Of a stretch of DNA of 64,000 bases, positions 61,701 to 64,000 are shown one piece after another. The DNA comes from Bugula neritina. Taxonomy: Eukaryota; Animalia; Bryozoa. The DNA lies in assembly GCA_964035545.1 (NCBI GenBank), contig OZ037767.1, forward strand, positions 17,171,781 to 17,235,780. The letters are read 5' to 3'. The position numbers and the translations under genes are program-made. Position 1 is the stretch's first letter; every line of letters begins with the position of its first letter. The notes beneath the pieces are model-generated. The model saw only the letters and a program-made list of their open reading frames with translations. It searched no databases and was not told the origin of the DNA.

Positions 61701-63124
61701 TGTAATATTCTCTATCCAATCACAAAGATGGTACTATGAGTCTAGCCAATGATATCGAGATATTGATTGTCTATATGCAACCATAGCGAGGGTTGCTTTT
61801 TAAATAATTTTCACTGGTGACCACTGAAGAGATGGTGTTCTACAGAGCTGTATCATTGTAGCTGAAGTTCTGTCCAATGGACTACAAACTGAATGAGGAA
61901 GAAAACTTCATAGAGAAAGAGAGGAAAAAGACCTGTGCATTTGACATTTACCTGCTAGAGGTTTACCTCAACTTAGCTGACGGAATAATAGAAGACGACT
62001 TCGATTTAGTTAGAGGTGAGACAACACTTGTTTGTTGTGCTGTAGTTAGAGGTGACTTGGTCTCCTGATATTTACTATACTTGGTAATAGAGATGTACTG
62101 GTCATATATAACATTTAGTTTACAATCCAGATTGCAAGGACTTAATATTTTAAGACCAAGGTGTAAGTTGAATTTTGTATTGCATTAACAGACACACGCG
62201 ATGACCTGTTTGAGGATGTCAAAATGACTGACATCATGTCAAAGATGTACAAGAACACATCGGATAAACCACCCGGGTTCCTTCAGCTCTGTTTAGATAA
62301 TAAAAGAGAAAACATAGCTCGATATCTTATCAACAATGGTGTGGATATGTGGGAAGACGTAGTGGTACGTCTCCTTAAGCCAACTGAATTATGTTATAAA
62401 GACTTGCTGTGCTAACAATGACAGAAACCTGCAGAAATTGTAAAAATTTTTGCAGCTCATTTTCATACACTCTTCATTCTAAAACCTTTCATTTTACAGC
62501 TGGAAGACAAGGTGATGAAGTTTCCTCTCGCAGTAGAGAAGGCGGGAATGTTGAGGTTAAATGAGTTCTTATCCAAACGAGTAAGTTGAGATGTTTTATG
62601 CAGACGTGAATTACTGAATGTGAGAAAAGTGTAGTTGTAGGGTTGAGTATACCCAGTGGTCCCAGTAGTGTAATGTATAGTGCGCCTGCTTGCAAGCCAG
62701 TGGTCTCGAGTTCGAATCCCAGTGGGGGCAAATTTAATTTGTTAAAGTAGATGATCAACAGTTTCATGCTGATTTGGTACAAGTGCGAGTAGAGCGAGTA
62801 CAGAGTGAGTAAGAGTATATAATCAGTATGAGTATAGGGCCAGTATGAGTACAGAGTGTTAGTACATAGTCAGTTTGAATACAGAGTGTCAGTACATATA
62901 GTCAGTTTGAGTACAGAGTGTCAGTACATAGTCAGTTTGAGTACAGAGTGCGTAGCTATAACTCAACGCTGTAGAGGAGAGAAGACACGGACGAAGATGC
63001 TAAGTTCAAGGAAGCAGAGAAAACTGTAAAGGAAGCGAAGGCGGAGACATCTAAGTGGACAGAAGAAGAGACGGGAGAGGAAGATGAGGATAACGGGAAG
63101 AGCAAGACCTGCACTGTGTTGTGA
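55748..63124 (+). CDS. Ankyrin-repeat protein with acidic tail and C-terminal CaaX (CTVL), ~793 aa. Exons: 55748-55970, 56202-56324, 57118-57299, 57409-57523, 57605-57768, 57986-58139, 58856-59057, 59389-59521, 59688-59766, 60171-60319, 61167-61364, 61583-61684, 61862-62015, 62192-62364, 62500-62580, 62975-63124
   Basis: GANINLRDTDGNTPLHLA, AGRSSLHMAV and NGRTAMHYAC motifs; all junctions are phase-compatible. The start could instead be ATG 56204 with a non-coding first exon ending at 55470. Confidence 0.85.
60590..60925. repeat. ~27-bp quasi-palindromic minisatellite (CTAGGAGAGATTGCAATTG...)
   Basis: Directly visible in the intron 60320-61166. Confidence 0.85.
61043..61115 (+). repeat. tRNA-like dispersed repeat, family B
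   Basis: gtccctgtggttcaatcgttagc...gcttgcaagctgg...gggtttgaatccc...ggca. Confidence 0.75.
62658..62730 (+). repeat. tRNA-like dispersed repeat, family B
   Basis: ggtcccagtagtgtaatg...gcgcctgcttgcaagc...gttcgaatcccagtgggggca. Confidence 0.75.
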
Positions 63125-63464
63125 TTGGACGATCTGCTAACTTATATAAACATACTTGAAGTTGTAATATAATACGTTTATTTATTAACAAATTTAGTCA
63201 TTTATCTCACTTTCACCTATTCACACTAACTTAGTGTACGGACATATGCAGTGCTCAATAGTTATAATATATTTTTCTATTTTTCACTTTTTAACAAAGC
63301 TAAAATTTTCCTAAAGCATGTGAAATTTTTATCATAATCTCAAAATAGACTTTCACATTTCACCAAATATAGGATTAATCTATCTCGACAGTTTGTCCCC
63401 TAATCTGAGTTTTAACTTCACGCCTCAATGACTCATTTGACTAGATAGTATTCCGTCACAGTTA

Positions 63465-63563
63465 TCAAGTTGTCTCCCCCTGAGTAACAGGTTCCTCCAT
63501 AGACTTGGCTACGGGTTGTTTCTTCTCTTTAGACTGTCTAGCCTCAGCCCGCGCTGCTTTTAC
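63465..63563 (-). CDS. Probable terminal coding exon of a convergent gene extending beyond the window (VKAARAEARQSKEKKQPVAKSMEEPVTQGETT*)
   Basis: The minus strand has a TTTCAG acceptor followed by 33 open, GC-richer codons ending in TGA. Confidence 0.55.
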   Translation of the reverse strand, partial: VKAARAEARQSKEKKQPVAKSMEEPVTQGETT

Positions 63564-64000
63564 CTGAAATCAAAGGCTATGTTCTGAATTGGCAGAGCAA
63601 AGTAACTGGTAAGAAAAACAGAGTTTCTTATACGCAAATTCTAACCATAGAAGTTGTAAGAAATAAACCAATAAACCAAATAACTGCTACATAATGTGCG
63701 CCAATCATAACTGTAAAGTTATCCCACAATTATGGGTAAATAGTATAATGAATGGTGGGCTGTGGTGGTCAACAACCAGCTAAGTTACTAGACATCTTAT
63801 TATACAGTCCGATATCTGGACAGGTAAAACATCCCCTGGAGACTTACGCCAACGAGACAACTTGTGAAGGGAGTAAGTATTACATAATAATATGACACAT
63901 AGATATATATAGGTTTAACGTACAGCATCTTTATTATCCCTCACAGAGCTAGGACTCTCTAAAGGTATAGTGACTGGTCCATCATTCTGTATGTGAACCT

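Overview
This is AT-rich, intron-rich metazoan (invertebrate-like) genomic DNA, not prokaryotic. Most long ORFs in the supplied track are minisatellite artefacts, so I rebuilt genes exon by exon using GT-AG boundaries and intron phase. In order, the window holds: (1) the 3' end of a frameshifted R4/Dong-like RLE non-LTR retrotransposon; (2) an orphan inverted copy of a CYP terminal exon; (3) a complete 10-exon CYP2-clan P450 (496 aa) with non-canonical catalytic motifs; (4) a ~965-aa DEG/ENaC channel; (5) CIAO3/NARFL (476 aa); (6) two ankyrin-repeat genes, one inversin-like and one ending in a CaaX box; (7) the last exon of a convergent minus-strand gene. There are also two tRNA-derived repeat families and many intronic minisatellites, several of which amplify splice junctions. 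The best candidate for an undescribed system is the DEG/ENaC gene. Its extracellular finger region carries an exon-shuffled sushi (CCP) + pentraxin module, followed by an RVRR furin site and a heavily glycosylated Ser/Thr stalk, and its thumb domain is encoded by two mutually exclusive duplicate exons. Domain and family calls come from motif recognition by eye; no database search was run, so novelty is unverified.
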